DNA of 52,332 nucleotides, counting the filler, from Trichosphaerium sp. ATCC 40318 (lineage: Eukaryota; Protista; Tubulinea), in the NCBI GenBank assembly GCA_038496445.1. It is 3 parts of 3 records of this genome, joined end to end, with 100 filler letters (N's around TTAATTAATTAA, not from the genome) between each part and the next. Parts side by side here need not be neighbours in the genome. Positions count along the whole stretch, not along the records: positions 13,854 to 34,900 come from JALMLS010000001.1; positions 35,001 to 52,332 come from JALMLS010000617.1; 1 more part is not named here. One strand, written 5' to 3'. The notes under the pieces were generated by a model. The model saw only the letters and a list, made by a program, of their open reading frames with translations, searched no databases and was not told where the DNA came from. Below are positions 27,061 to 39,484 of this stretch, in pieces; position 1 is the first letter of the stretch; each line of letters starts with the position of its first letter. The position numbers and the translations under genes were made by a program.

Positions 27061-27673
27061 TTCTATCAATCTGCAGTGTACCTTTGATAATATATACATT
27101 TTTGAGGAAAAAAAAAAGGGCGTCCTAATTAGGTAGTCAATAGAAGTAAAAATACTCAAAATTGAAACAAAGAGCATAGACGCATCAATAAATCATGAAC
27201 GGTACGTCTAAATGCGCCAGCGTTTCGGCGAGCGTAAAAACGCTATATATGCCATATTTTCCCAAATTTTTAAGCGTGTACCTTAAATAGACGACGTGGT
27301 ACAGCGTCAACACTACACACTGTATTCCAGCGTTTTTAACAAAATCTTTTTTTTTTTTGTTAAACCACCAAAACGTTGCTTCGATCGATACGGCGCTTGT
27401 ATCGTCACCCAACGCACCTATTAACGCTGTGATTCGTAAAAACAAAACAATTTACGCGTAAACGATTTTTCAAAACCGCACCGCCAGACCAAGCCAATGC
27501 TTCACTGTTTGTATCTTACAAGCAGTGGTTTTTGTTTTTAGACATTGGTTGGTAAGTTATGACGCTGCCGTTTCGATACGCGGATCTAACCAATGCCGGC
27601 GTTTTAATAAGCTTTTTTTTTCTAGCGTACCTTTGATACTGTCGTGTCTGTTGTTGTACTAATATTTATTACA

Positions 27674-29027
27674 GATATACTTTCTCCACAGTCTGAACCT
27701 GAAAGTGAAGAACCAATTATTTCCTCATTTTGCAAACAAAGTGGTGGTGTGTTAAACTGTGAAAATAGAACTGCAGAAGAACTAGAAACATTGATGCATT
27801 ATATGCAAGGTGCACCTATTCATACCAAGTTCTGGTTGGAAGATGTTGCCACCTTTGTCATAGATGTTGGTGTAAAGCAACCTCATTTGAGATCTCTGTG
27901 TTTGGACATAAGCAAGTTAATTGTAAAGGTACTTATTGTACAACATTTGAGTACTTACACATTATGAAGCAAACAAACACTAGAAATACTTTTAATCAAA
28001 TAACCTTTGATAAAAAGGCTGAGATTGCAGTTTCCAAAACCACATTGCAAATGTTGAATATTAACACCCATGGTTTCAAAGGTAAAAAAGAAGTATTTGT
28101 GCAATTTTCTATACTAGCTAAGGTACATTTGTGTATCCACAAAATGAGTTTAATTTATATATAGAAGTATGTGTATTGTGTTAACATGTCTACCAATAAT
28201 ACTCATTATTTTGGCACTGTTCCTGATTCTGAAGAACTTGTTCAGCAATATGAATTTGTTGCTGCTGCAGTTTGTTTACCTAAAGGCAATAGTATAGAAA
28301 GAGGAACTTGGGTAACATACATCAAGACTGCTGCTTCTGGAAAGGTATTATATATCTACAAAAAAGGACAACAAACACATGTTGTGTTACAAACTAAGAA
28401 TGGCAACTTGGATGTGTTGGGTATACACACTACTCCTGTCGTTCCACCTATTCGAGGTGTTAAAAGAGTAGGAAGTCAAGTTCATAACATGCTTGTGGAC
28501 AAGGTATAAATTTATAGATGTTATTAGTTTACTAATGTTACTTGATAGGATGCCGATATGCAGCCTCCACATAAAAAACAACGAACTGGCGTACATCATA
28601 TATATTGTGACAACTAAATTGATTAACATTTGTTATTAGAGTGACTTGAATAACAATGCACAAGTTTTAGCTGTGTTACAAGAAATTGCAAAGCAATCTA
28701 AAAATGCTGCCACCAGCAAAGGTATGATAGTAAGAGAATTGAAGACAATTGTGCCTTTAATCCAAAAAATGGCCACACAATGTGCTAGAATACCTACATT
28801 GGAAGAACAAAATGATGATTTATCTGAAAGGCTAATTGTTTTAGAACAACTAGTAAAACAACTTTTGGTATGTAGTTTTAAGATAATAGTATAATAACAT
28901 GTTATAGAAACCATCACAAGCAGATATTATTGATCTTGTAGATGAAGAAATTGAAGAAGAACTTGCAGAAAATGTTGATGCATTTGCTGGTTTGAAAGCT
29001 TTGTTTAAAAAAGAGTATGAAATGTAA
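27674..29027 (+). CDS. Transposon-borne accessory gene (multi-exon, unknown function, C-terminal coiled coil); start uncertain
   Basis: Chain of exon-like ORFs with GT-AG introns. Beta-rich segment IERGTWVTYIK...GKVLYIY, coiled coil LEEQNDDLSERLIVLEQLV, stop TAA at 29025-29027. Confidence 0.6.
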
Positions 29028-30359
29028 TACCCAATAAAATTGATGACAGGACATGTTCTTTTTTGTGGTTGGAAAAAAAGTGATTTTTTATTTAAACATG
29101 TATGACACATTATAGCAACGACAGATTTCGATGTCATCAAGCTACAATAATCTCCAATATGTTGGCAGTTAAATGAGATTTTATTTGTTGTAACAAGTGG
29201 TTGACATGTCTCACAATAATGAAATACTTTTTATAATCAAGATTTGTTTTCTGTTTTTTGGACATGATGTTTAAATGAGCTTTTAGTTGTAATACATCAC
29301 TCCTCCAACAAATAAGTGTATGACATCACTTTTCCAACAAAAACAAGTGCATGTTTTGATCATTAATAGACAACCTTTAATTATAAAGCTCACAATATTG
29401 TACATTTTACAAAGAGAACTTGTAAAAGTATTTTCAACACAACATATAAAACAATGATACACTTTTTCATAAGCTTGAAATTGTGTATTTTTCTCTTTCA
29501 ATATGTGAATGTCCACTAAATTATGTGTGGTTTACACATATAAAAAGTATGGTTTTACTTTTAAAAAGTATGGTTTTACTTTAAAGTGTGTTTACACACA
29601 ATTGATATTAGTGAATGTCCTCATATTACTGTTGAAGGAATAAAAGCGCTTAAAGATGTGCACTCAATCACACTTATACATCCTCAAAAAGAGTGGCTTA
29701 AATATCTTGGCAATGTGCATTCAGTCCGTATGCAGGAAGCCTATGCAATATCAGATGACGATATTAAATCATTGGTAAATGTTAGAAGTCTTTCTTTGGA
29801 AGACTGCCTCATTACAGACTCAGGTTTGAAGCACTTGGTAAATCTTGAACACCTCGAGCTTATGCTGTGTCCTAACTTAACAAACTCATGTTTGAAACAC
29901 TTGAAGTCGCTTAAATCCATTCACATTAGGGATGTAAATATAAACAAGATTACAAAACAAGCTGTTGAGGCTTTAGGTATAACTTGGGATCATGGCGAAT
30001 ATATGCCTGCGTATGAGTACTTTTTAGAATAATTAAAGAAAAAGATACTGCTGGTCTCTTTACTACCTTTCACTTCCTAACCAGCAACTGTACCTACTGT
30101 CATTTATTAATAAATATTCATTTTCGTCAGACGTAGTCGGTGCACGTGGTGACTTTACTACACGCATAATTTAGTAATTAATGTAAAGACATTTCTTGGA
30201 ACCAGTACGAAGAAATGTTGGTTTTATTGGTTTCTCGAGCTTTGTTAAAGACAAACGCGTTAAAGAATTTACTCAAGCAAAATGTTTACAAGCCAAACGG
30301 CCCTACGCTCTTTTAAGTAGGTGAGAAGAATACTGTGTTCATATTAAAATGAATGATAC

Positions 30360-32744
30360 TTAGTAGTATTTTTTTATTTTATGCTGACAAATACCTTTTG
30401 AATTACATTCATCACAGCGAGTAATCTCTTGTTTACAAAAACGATCAGATATCTGCTTTATCAAACCACCATAATCTGTCTTATAAACACACACAAAGCA
30501 TGATGCCCAACACTGTTCATCAAGGTATGATGCCCATGTATCGATAAAATGTTGCCTTGCATTTTTTTCATCGACACTATTATACATGTGTGTCTTCAAT
30601 GTGTCTACCCACTTTCTGTACGCATTGTCTATTTGGTTTTGCTCGGTTGGAAGTAGTCTTAAGTAAATCATGACATGAAGAAAAGAGAAAAGGTCATGTG
30701 TGGGGTCATACAGCCGTTCAGCATGTGGGTCGAAACTTTCTAGTGTTTGGATTGAGACATATTTATGTCCACCACCAGTTAACACTGACTCATTCAACGT
30801 CACAGCAGACCCGAAATCTATTATCAACGTATTCCCTTCTGCTGTCAATAGTATGTTGGACAGCGAAATGTCCCTGAAGTAAAGTTAACCGAATGTTGAA
30901 AAACTTTGAAAAAAAAAGAAAACTACCTGTGGCAAATATCATGGTCGTGTATTGCTTCTATAGTTCGTATGGATTGGTCAATAAACTTCTCAATATAAGG
31001 GATGCTCTCTCTACGCCGTATTTTGATGCCTACTGGTTGCATCATTATTACACTTCCATTGCTGTGCAGCTAACGAACTTAAGAATGTGATAATCTTTAC
31101 AACAAATTACTTACTATTTTAGGCACGTGGTCAACGCCATTAAGTTCAAGCATGAAGAAAACTTCGCTCTTGACACGATCTGTTGTACTTTGACCCTCTT
31201 CGTTGAACTCTTTAACAGCAACAAGTTCCACTTCTTCGGTGTTAACAAACATTGGTACACTGTACACTGTAGCAGAAGCACCAATACCGCAACATCTCTC
31301 AGGTGAATACAACTTGTTTTTGAACTTGAAAACCTTAGCAACGTATCCAAGATCCTCAGGCGTTTGATAAAGAATCTGAAAGAGCCTTGTGATGCCTCCA
31401 TTTGCGAAGGGAATGAGGTCTGATTTAAAGAACAATGGGTCGTTACCGTTTTGCTCCATTGTAATTTTAAGGATCTTAATCTCCGTAAAATTCATGAGTA
31501 CAACATAAACCTTATTGCGCAACTTCTGTTCCCGTAGTTGACAAAGACCATAGAGAACAGCTTGCCCAATATCCTCGTTACTAAATCCAGCTGGAGTATG
31601 ACTTAGAAGGAATAAAACTAAACTTGTAAATGCGTACTAGGTCTCTTTTTAAGTTCAATCACAAAAACCATGTGATACAGTTGAATGCGCCGGTTTGCAA
31701 GTATTTTTGTATCTATAGGCAGTATGCTAAAATCAGGTTTTCGTCTAAGATCACCAGTCTTTGTTTTCGAAGACGTGGGTTTCTCATGTGTATCATGCAC
31801 TGCGAGGTTTGGGAAAAGTGTGATACCGAAACATTTTGCCAAGTACACATTAAACTCCTCTTCCGAATCCCACGTGGTTATTAACTCACCCTCCTCGTTT
31901 TTTAAAAAATCGTCATGGTTTGTTATCTCTGTATCCGCGAATTCGTTCTTCAGAGGTTTTGCGCGGGATTCAAATATCTTACCGACATTCATTTGTTCTG
32001 TTTCAAAAAAAAAAAAGTTAGTTGATTGAAAAACATGACGAAAAAATACTTTTACAAAAAGCCAGCGTACTGTTGTTTATGTGCGTTGTTAACGTTTTTT
32101 GGCGGTCTGAAGAATGGATAAGAGCTTCTTGTTGTGTAACGATCAATTCAGTTCGAACTGTTTCAATCTCTCGTTTGTTTTTTTTTATCTCTCTTTTGCT
32201 TTCTAGAGCAGTAGCTTTACGCTTACGTTCGTTTTCGTCGATTTGTTTCTGCTGTGCTGCTTGTTTGGCGTCTTGTTCCGCTTGTTTGGCTTGAATGGTT
32301 CTGAGAGTTGCAGCGATAGTGTCACTACCACCTGTCTCTTCCTTAGGATCCTACAATCGGTTTAGACCAAACATGGTACTTTTCAATCTTGAAAAAGAAG
32401 ACACACCTGTTTTGATCCTTCTTCAGCGTGATAAATCTTCGTTTTCATTGTCTCTCGGTATTGAGCAGTGTTTTCACGTGCTTTCTGCTCGCTGGAGCAG
32501 CTTTTACGTTCTATTACGAAAGTTAGTGATTGAGATATGAGTGTAAGGTTGATGTGATAACGCAATCCAAAAGCTTTTACTTACGGCTAGCTTTACAAAT
32601 TTCAGAAATAAGTTTAACCCTGCCCATTGACGAAGTTTTAAGTTCATACTGCTTCGCTATCTTCTGCAATTCCTCTACACCTTTATCTTTGAGGTCTTTT
32701 TTGGTGTACGGCACTGGAAGTAAGGAAGCGTTGTTGTCAGCCAT
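30360..32744 (-). CDS. Crinkler/RHS-type effector: helical (HeH-like) N-terminus, coiled coil, PD-(D/E)xK nuclease-like domain and FunK1-like kinase
   Basis: KPDFSI...FVIELKK then EDIGQAVLYG (REase fold). GIGASATVY, VAVKEF, spliced HRDISLSNILL, IIDFGSA and HDLFSF (kinase). Confidence 0.8.
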
Positions 32745-33885
32745 AGTGTTGATAAATTTATGTTATATTTTGAATGGTATTGACCAAATAAAGTAAAAGT
32801 AGAATTTGAATTGGTGTTGATTGAAAAGCGTACATTGTTTCTGTGTACGAGATTTTTTAGCTGCAGCTCTTGTCTTTGATCGAGTCATCATCTACACCCT
32901 GAGTCAACAGAAAGAAATTTCATAATAAACGCAAAAAACAAGAAAGAATTCTTTGGAAAAAAAAAATGCATCACGTGATTGAAAAAATATGAACGGAAAA
33001 TAATACAAATCCTTCCTTTGTAGTTCAAAAGAATGGCAAAAGGCAAGCTCGGAAATCAGCAGGAAAGTAGACAATAGTGGTTTTTAAAGTCATCAAATTA
33101 AATTTGTAATGCGTAATTAGAAGGCAAAGAAGGATAAATACGATATTAGTGCAGCACGAAATAGTCAAAAAACGTTACAAACTACTGGAACTACGTACGG
33201 TGATTGTGTGAAAACCATAAACGGACGTTTCGAGTCTTATTAACGTAAAACCGAATTATTTTGGCGGTAAATACTGTTATCGGTAAATAATAGCCTATCA
33301 ACGCGTCTGTGCTGGTTTACGAAGAGTTAGTTACCAAAAGCGACACTAGTGTCTCCCACAGCTGTGTTGCGTACCACTACAACGTTTAAGCTTCACCTCG
33401 TGCCATGTAGCTTGTTTTATTAGTCAACTGTATTATTTTAGCGGCTGGTACAGTGAGCTACGCATACATAGCACTAAGCACATTGCGCGGTGGCAAAGTA
33501 CAAAGTACATGCGAAGATCTAAACAATGTGCTGTTGAAGCAAAGCTTTTCACTGAAATACTGGTTTGGACCTTTGGAAGTCTACACTAACGTCTGCAATG
33601 TTTCTTTGCAGGTACAAGTGTGTACCTACAACCGGAGTGCGGAAAGCCAACAGCATACGCCATAAACCACTGCGAAGTTATAACACTCCTACAACGCCGC
33701 ATTTACAGTAAAATTGCGTAAAACCATGTATTAGCTGCTTACAGCCTGTAGGCGCGGAGTACGATATTCAACAATAGCTACCAGCACTAATTCAGCGCAC
33801 CACGCCGGTTATTTAGCGTTGTGGTACGTAGTAGCGTTAAATAACGCCAACAAATTACCTTTTAGGAAAAAACACTTCCAAGTAG

Positions 33886-34900
33886 CTCCAGAAAGCGACA
33901 CTGTGCCTAAACAAACTGTACTGGACGTATGACTTTGACACGGTGTCAAGTATCATTAACACAAATCATCTAACGCACAACAAGGTTATTGAACACCATG
34001 GCGTATCAACAAAGGATAATAGAATCTCAAACGACATAGCTAACTTGTCAGAAAGTATTGATTTTTCAACGTTCGAAAAGCTTCTCAATGAACACCTCCT
34101 CATATCTAGGACTCTCAAACGTACGCAGATATTACTACCACTAACAACTTTTACATAATAAACTGCATTTAGAGGAGCTTGCTATCGCTGACTTCCCAGG
34201 ATTTGCTTCAAAGGTGAGATACCAAAATTAGTAAAACAAATACTTAAACACTCATTAAAGACAAGACAATTGTTTAAACAAACTATGCAAGATAAACGTG
34301 GAGAACCCGCCGCTTATATACCACAATTGGCAAGAGTTAACCCTGATCTCTTCGGTACCAGCACTGCTTCTTTTATTCTTGCAATGTTTACGGTTTACCA
34401 GGCGTGTCTGTTTGTTCAGTTGATGGACAACGATTGAACTTGGGTGATTACAACGAAGAATTTTCTGTAAGCAAGATAGACGATATTCAAGCTAGATCAA
34501 GTCTTATTGTTATAGGTCCAATCTACTTGCAAGACAATCAACTATTGCATGGCATTACAAGAAAACGGTGAGAACTATGTACACAAGCATGTAGGGTGAG
34601 TACTTGTGTAGTTACATTCTTTGATTCCATACCTTACTTTCTATTGATTACAGGCGTGAAGCATCTGGGAGAAACTTTAACGAGCGAGTGTTGAATGCCG
34701 ATGGTCTACCACATAATCCACTTATAAACAGTGGCGCTATCATGACTTGCTCCCTTCTTAAACAGAAAGATGAAGCACTCACTGATGTTCGTTCATTGTA
34801 TTGCACTGACACTTATTTTGGATAACTAGAGGTGGGATAAAGTGGAGGACACGTGGAGTAAATTAATAGGCGGTGGACGTGTAGGATTTGCTAATTCTGT
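33886..34900 (+). CDS. GLS: Glutaminase, partial (5' end uncertain, 3' end cut by the gap)
   Basis: GEPAAYIPQLARVNPDLFG, VDGQR, catalytic QSTCK, VGREASGRNFN, PHNPLINSGAI. Confidence 0.93.
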
Positions 34901-35000
34901 NNNNNNNNNNNNNNNNNNNNNNNNNNNNNNNNNNNNNNNNNNNNTTAATTAATTAANNNNNNNNNNNNNNNNNNNNNNNNNNNNNNNNNNNNNNNNNNNN
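34901..35000. other. Assembly gap with TTAATTAATTAA linker
   Basis: N-run, ttaattaattaa (34945-34956), N-run. Confidence 0.97.
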
Positions 35001-35052
35001 AACTTACGATTGTTAATAATTTTTATCTAAAGGCTGTATGTACAGGCGCAAC

Positions 35053-35525
35053 AGGCCATGTAGAAGCATTAGAGGTTATTTATGAGCCTGAAGTTGATTT
35101 TCGTGAGTTGTGCAGGTTCTTTTTCCGTATGCATGATCCAACTACCCTCAATCGCCAAGGAAATGATAGGGGTATGTAACAAGAGCTAAATAGAGTGTTA
35201 TTACTGTTTTTTTTATAAAAGGTCATCATTTCTCCGTCTGACCTTCGTAACAGGCACTCAGTACCGTAGCGGTATCTACTACACAGATGACGATCAAAAA
35301 AAGATAGCAGAAGAAGTTAAAGCTGAAATCGGGTCCTCAGGAAAGTACAGCAGTCCAATCGTTACTGAAATTGAGAAACTTGATAAGTTCTGGGATGCTG
35401 AGGACTATCATCAGGTATGTCACGTTTATTGTTAACCAGGATTTTTTGGTTTTTGTTTGACACTTCTTTAGGATTACCTTGAAAAGAACCCAGGTGGTTA
35501 TTGTAACCACAAACTTCGCTGGTAG
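35053..35525 (+). CDS. msrA: Peptide methionine sulfoxide reductase A, 5' end truncated by the gap
   Basis: [50 protein letters not shown] across three exons. Confidence 0.95.
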
Positions 35526-35734
35526 GACGTCCGAAACGGTTTATTTTGTACACCCTCATCAATAAAACATTCTTTTTAAAAAAACCTAGACTCACGTGCT
35601 TGTCTGGTGCTTTTAACGTAAATTCTTCTCGCGCAATGCGAGGAACAAAGAAAGTAACAAAAGCAGTGTAGGCTGTTGGTTTAATGTGCCTCACAGTCCA
35701 ATCAAGTAAACAGGTGTATAAATTTGTGAGTTAA

Positions 35735-36529
35735 ATGTCAGCAAAAAGACAACACACTCAAATACAGAGGGTTACACCACTTTCTCTGATACCATCAGAG
35801 ATATTAACATCTGTTTTGCGTTATTTAAATAGGTATAATCGCATTAGAGCTTCTACAGTCTCTCATCTATTCAATGACATCATTCGTCATAATATTGGTT
35901 TTGATGAGATCAATATCAAAGACTCAGAAGATTGTCACGTGTTAAAAGACAGCCCTTTCCTAAAAAACACCATCATCAAATTTAGGGGTACCATACGTTC
36001 TAAGAAGGATTTATTATGCCTTGTTGGCGTTCGTTCAATAAGTCTTCTGATGTCAAATATTACAGATGATGGTATACTTGCTTTAGTAAACGGAGGAAAG
36101 CACAACATTCATTACATCAACTTAAAATTTTGCTTTCACATAACAGATGTCGCATTAAAAGCTCTAGCTGGCATACACACGGTTTGCATTAATGGTAGCA
36201 ACAATGTCACTTGTGAAGGGATAAAGGCACTGAAGGATGTACATACCTTATATCTTTACCAACCAAAGGACTCTTGGCTCAAACAGCTAGACAATGTGCA
36301 TACAGTAGATATTGAATTCGGGTCTGAAATAACAGATGATGGCATCAAATCATTGGTCAATGTCAAGCGTCTATGTTTGAGATATTGTTTTACTGTAACA
36401 TCCTCAGGATTAAAGGAATTGGTCAATCTTGAATACCTTAAGCTTAAAAAGTGTAGTGTCGGTATGATTACAGAGGCCTATCGGCAACACATGAAATCTA
36501 ATGGTATAACATATGTATGTAAAAAATAA
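35735..36529 (+). CDS. Intronless F-box + LRR protein (264 aa)
   Basis: LSLIPSEILTSVLRYL...STVSHLF (F-box); repeated ITDDGI..L LRR units. Confidence 0.88.
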   Translation: MSAKRQHTQIQRVTPLSLIPSEILTSVLRYLNRYNRIRASTVSHLFNDIIRHNIGFDEINIKDSEDCHVLKDSPFLKNTIIKFRGTIRSKKDLLCLVGVRSISLLMSNITDDGILALVNGGKHNIHYINLKFCFHITDVALKALAGIHTVCINGSNNVTCEGIKALKDVHTLYLYQPKDSWLKQLDNVHTVDIEFGSEITDDGIKSLVNVKRLCLRYCFTVTSSGLKELVNLEYLKLKKCSVGMITEAYRQHMKSNGITYVCKK

Positions 36530-37237
36530 AACCTGTTCAGGAACTACAATAAGACAAGCGGTACCTCCTTCTTTGTTGAGCCTGTTATGTATAAACTCAC
36601 AGTAAGCACGTGTATTTATTGACAGCAAAGACATTGCAGATGAATAGTAAAGTTCATAGCACGAACAGTTTTTTGCTTTATTTTAATTATTAATTAAACA
36701 TAGTACTTTTTTTTTGAGTCAGAACGTACCTCACAGCAATTTTATCACATTAACCTATTTTTACTACCTCTAACGGGGCTCGCTTGAATTTTCCTACAGA
36801 TAGGGTCCAATTTGTACTTTGGAGTGCCGGCATTGAAGAGATTCAGTTGCCATTGGAATTTAAGCTACAATTCAGAACTAAAAAGAAAGAACCATGTGCT
36901 GGCTGAAGAGAAAAACGAGAAAGAACGATTTTCAAATACGCGTTTACGAAAAGTTTTATGTAATTCAACACGTGTTCTATTTTCTTGACTACAGAAAGTA
37001 CAAGTAATTTCCTACAATTTCAAGTACCAGTTCTTGTATTGTGGAAAGCCGCTAATAGTGCTTTGTACTATGTAATTGAGCCATAAAAAATATTTGGTTC
37101 CTGTAAATCTGGAAAAAAGAAGTCGGGCAACCCGAAAAAGAAAACCGAAAATAAGAGAAATCAACAGTTGTTTTAAGTCAAGATCTATCCAAAAGAGGAG
37201 CGAAGAACTGTTAGATCACACCCCAGCAACTTAAATA

Positions 37238-37950
37238 ATGTCTATTTACTCTGATATTGCAAAACACCATGGCTGGACAGGTAGCGGAGGCTCGCCTGTA
37301 AAACCGCGAAAGAGTACGCCCACTACATTTAAAACAACAAGAAAGCACCTATTTCATTAAGTTAAAGGGTTGTGACTGATTCTAATTCTTGACATTGTAG
37401 ACTTGTATGTTGGTGTTGAGCTTCGAACAGGTAAAGAATTGGCAGCAAAAAATTTCAACGGAACGTCAGACCCTTACCTCAAAGTCATGGTTATTGCTGA
37501 GAGGAACAAAGACAAAACAATAAACAAGAAATTACCTGGTGATCCCTATGTCACAACGACCATTGAAAAGACACTAAATCCAACATGGAATGAGTTTACG
37601 TATCTGTACCAAGTGTATGCAGAAGAACAGGGATATTTAAAAATAGAGTGCTGGTATGTGTTGCAACGCAACTTTTTTTTTTTGAAGTTTTGAAATCACG
37701 TGATTTGTTTATGTTTTCCTTTAGGGATAAAAATCTTATTTTTGATGACTTTATGGGAGAGATCCTTGTTGATTTAACAAAACTGCAAAAAGAAACACTT
37801 GATATACCAAGCGTTGTGCATAAAGATGTGAAAAAAACACTTAAAGAGCGTATGAAACCAATGACACTTACATTGCAACCACGAAAAGGTAGAAGAGATG
37901 TAGTAAGTGGTACCATAGACATAGGTATATCACTTGCTTTCATTTCATGA
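37238..37950 (+). CDS. C2-domain protein (3 exons)
   Basis: GKELAAKNFNGTSDPYLKV, KTLNPTWNE, IECW/DKNLIFDDFMG. Confidence 0.88.
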
Positions 37951-38728
37951 TGTATCAGTGATCTTCGCTAGTATAATAAAAACAAGGTTAATTTCTTATT
38001 GCAGACTTGTATTAGTCAATATATTGATGGTACATAACTACGGTGATTGCAGATATTGTCGGGTATTGTTCAATTTTCTACAAGCAAAAATGTGTAGCTT
38101 TTAGGTAATTTACTTAGAGCGCGTGCTATGAACTGTACACTTTTCATTCGACTATGTTTTGGCAATGGATACACCTATTTATTGGATTGGTATGTGCATG
38201 TAACCTCATAACAGAAAGCTCCACGTGGTGTCAACTGTGTGATACAATTCAATGAAAATGGAAGAAACGTTTGATCAGCAAGTTTTGCTGTCAGTTTATT
38301 AACACAGAGCTATTCCTTTCAACCTTTGCTCTAATCTGATCAAACCTATCTGTGCTGAACTCAACAATTTCATTCTCCAATATTTTCATCTGTATTTGAG
38401 AGATGCGCTACACCCATTACTCTAAACTAACCGATTGTAATGTTATAGCATTAACTTTATATTCAGAAGCCGTTTATTACAACACGTGCTGTTAGTGCTT
38501 CCTTTATCGGAAAAAACTCAGAGCGTGTTCATGAAATTGTACCATCGTCCACAAAGACTTCTTTGTCAATACATGCACCTATTTATGTGGAAAGCAAGTC
38601 TACTGCAACAACCTCATAAAAGAAAGTTCCACGCGGTGTAATTCAACACGTGAATTCAATGAAAACTTGAGAAAAGTTCGCAACTTTTTGGCTGAGTCAT
38701 TTTCCAATCAAAAACCGTATTAAACAAC

Positions 38729-39484
38729 ATGAACCGCAACGCATCAACTGATATTTCCTCTACAAATGGACCTAACCTTAACACTGGTATTGCAACAGAG
38801 ATTGCGCCTGGTTTCGTCTTAATTAGAGGAGGATTGGATGTATCAACTCAGAAATGGCTGGCAAAGTATACAATGGAACTAGGCAATCGACAAAAGCTCG
38901 GTTTTTGGGCTGAAAAAGACAATGGTGAAAAAATACTAAATTCAGCGAAAAGTCGAGGTCGTATGTACGACGCGTTGGATAAATTTCCTTCAAGCAAAGA
39001 CTTGAATGATTTGTGTCAAAGCTTAGTTTCAATGGCGAAAGGTGTAACCGATATGCCTTCAATGACAGCAACACATTTGAACATTTTGTACTATGGATCA
39101 AATAATGGCATTTATTGGCATGCGGACGATGATGACAATGATGGTGATGGAGATAGTCCGATTGTATCTATAAGCCTCGGTGACGAAGGAGACTATGGGT
39201 ATAAACTTCTAGGAAGGGAAAAGGAGTACGTACACCTTAAATCAGGTGATGTTTTGTTATGGGGAGGTGTCAACAGGATGTTATGGCACAACGTTGAAAA
39301 AGTAATGCCTGGCACGTGTCCAGAGTTTTTAAAGGATTCTTTATCTACTGGACGTTTAAACTTTACTTTCCGGGACTCACCTTCTGTATTGGGTAAGGAA
39401 GAAGAACATAGGTACTATGTAAATGGATATGGTTATAAACATGTTGAAATGAACTGGCTAGAAAAAAATCGGAACAAAGAATGA
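38729..39484 (+). CDS. AlkB-family 2OG-Fe(II) dioxygenase, intronless
   Basis: HxD (WHAD), PIVSISLG, LKSGDVLLWGG..R..WH, RLNFTFR. Confidence 0.9.
   Translation: MNRNASTDISSTNGPNLNTGIATEIAPGFVLIRGGLDVSTQKWLAKYTMELGNRQKLGFWAEKDNGEKILNSAKSRGRMYDALDKFPSSKDLNDLCQSLVSMAKGVTDMPSMTATHLNILYYGSNNGIYWHADDDDNDGDGDSPIVSISLGDEGDYGYKLLGREKEYVHLKSGDVLLWGGVNRMLWHNVEKVMPGTCPEFLKDSLSTGRLNFTFRDSPSVLGKEEEHRYYVNGYGYKHVEMNWLEKNRNKE

Larger units (their letters stand above)
24089..29592 (-). mobile_element. Autonomous-type Sola-like DNA transposon, 5504 bp, TSD TACA
   Basis: TACA|AACACACTTTAAA...TTTAAAGTGTGTT|TACA. Imperfect ~50-bp TIRs with a doubled ACCATACTTTTT motif. Transposase inside. An alternative parse is an AAACACAC TIR with a 2-bp AC TSD. 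Confidence 0.9.
23664..30032 (+). pseudogene. F-box + LRR gene split by a 5.5-kb transposon (halves 23664-24088 and 29597-30032)
   Basis: Removing 24089-29596 restores SLKALRAV-HTIDISEC in frame, collinear with ALKALAGIHTVCI in the intact paralog 35735-36529. Confidence 0.9.

Noticed and set aside
33200-33850. Inverted-repeat element upstream of glutaminase
   Set aside because: Only patchy complementarity (cgtaccac..caacg / cgttgtggtacg); no definable ends.
33886-35525. Glutaminase-MsrA fusion or linkage
   Set aside because: Both genes are truncated at a contig linker.
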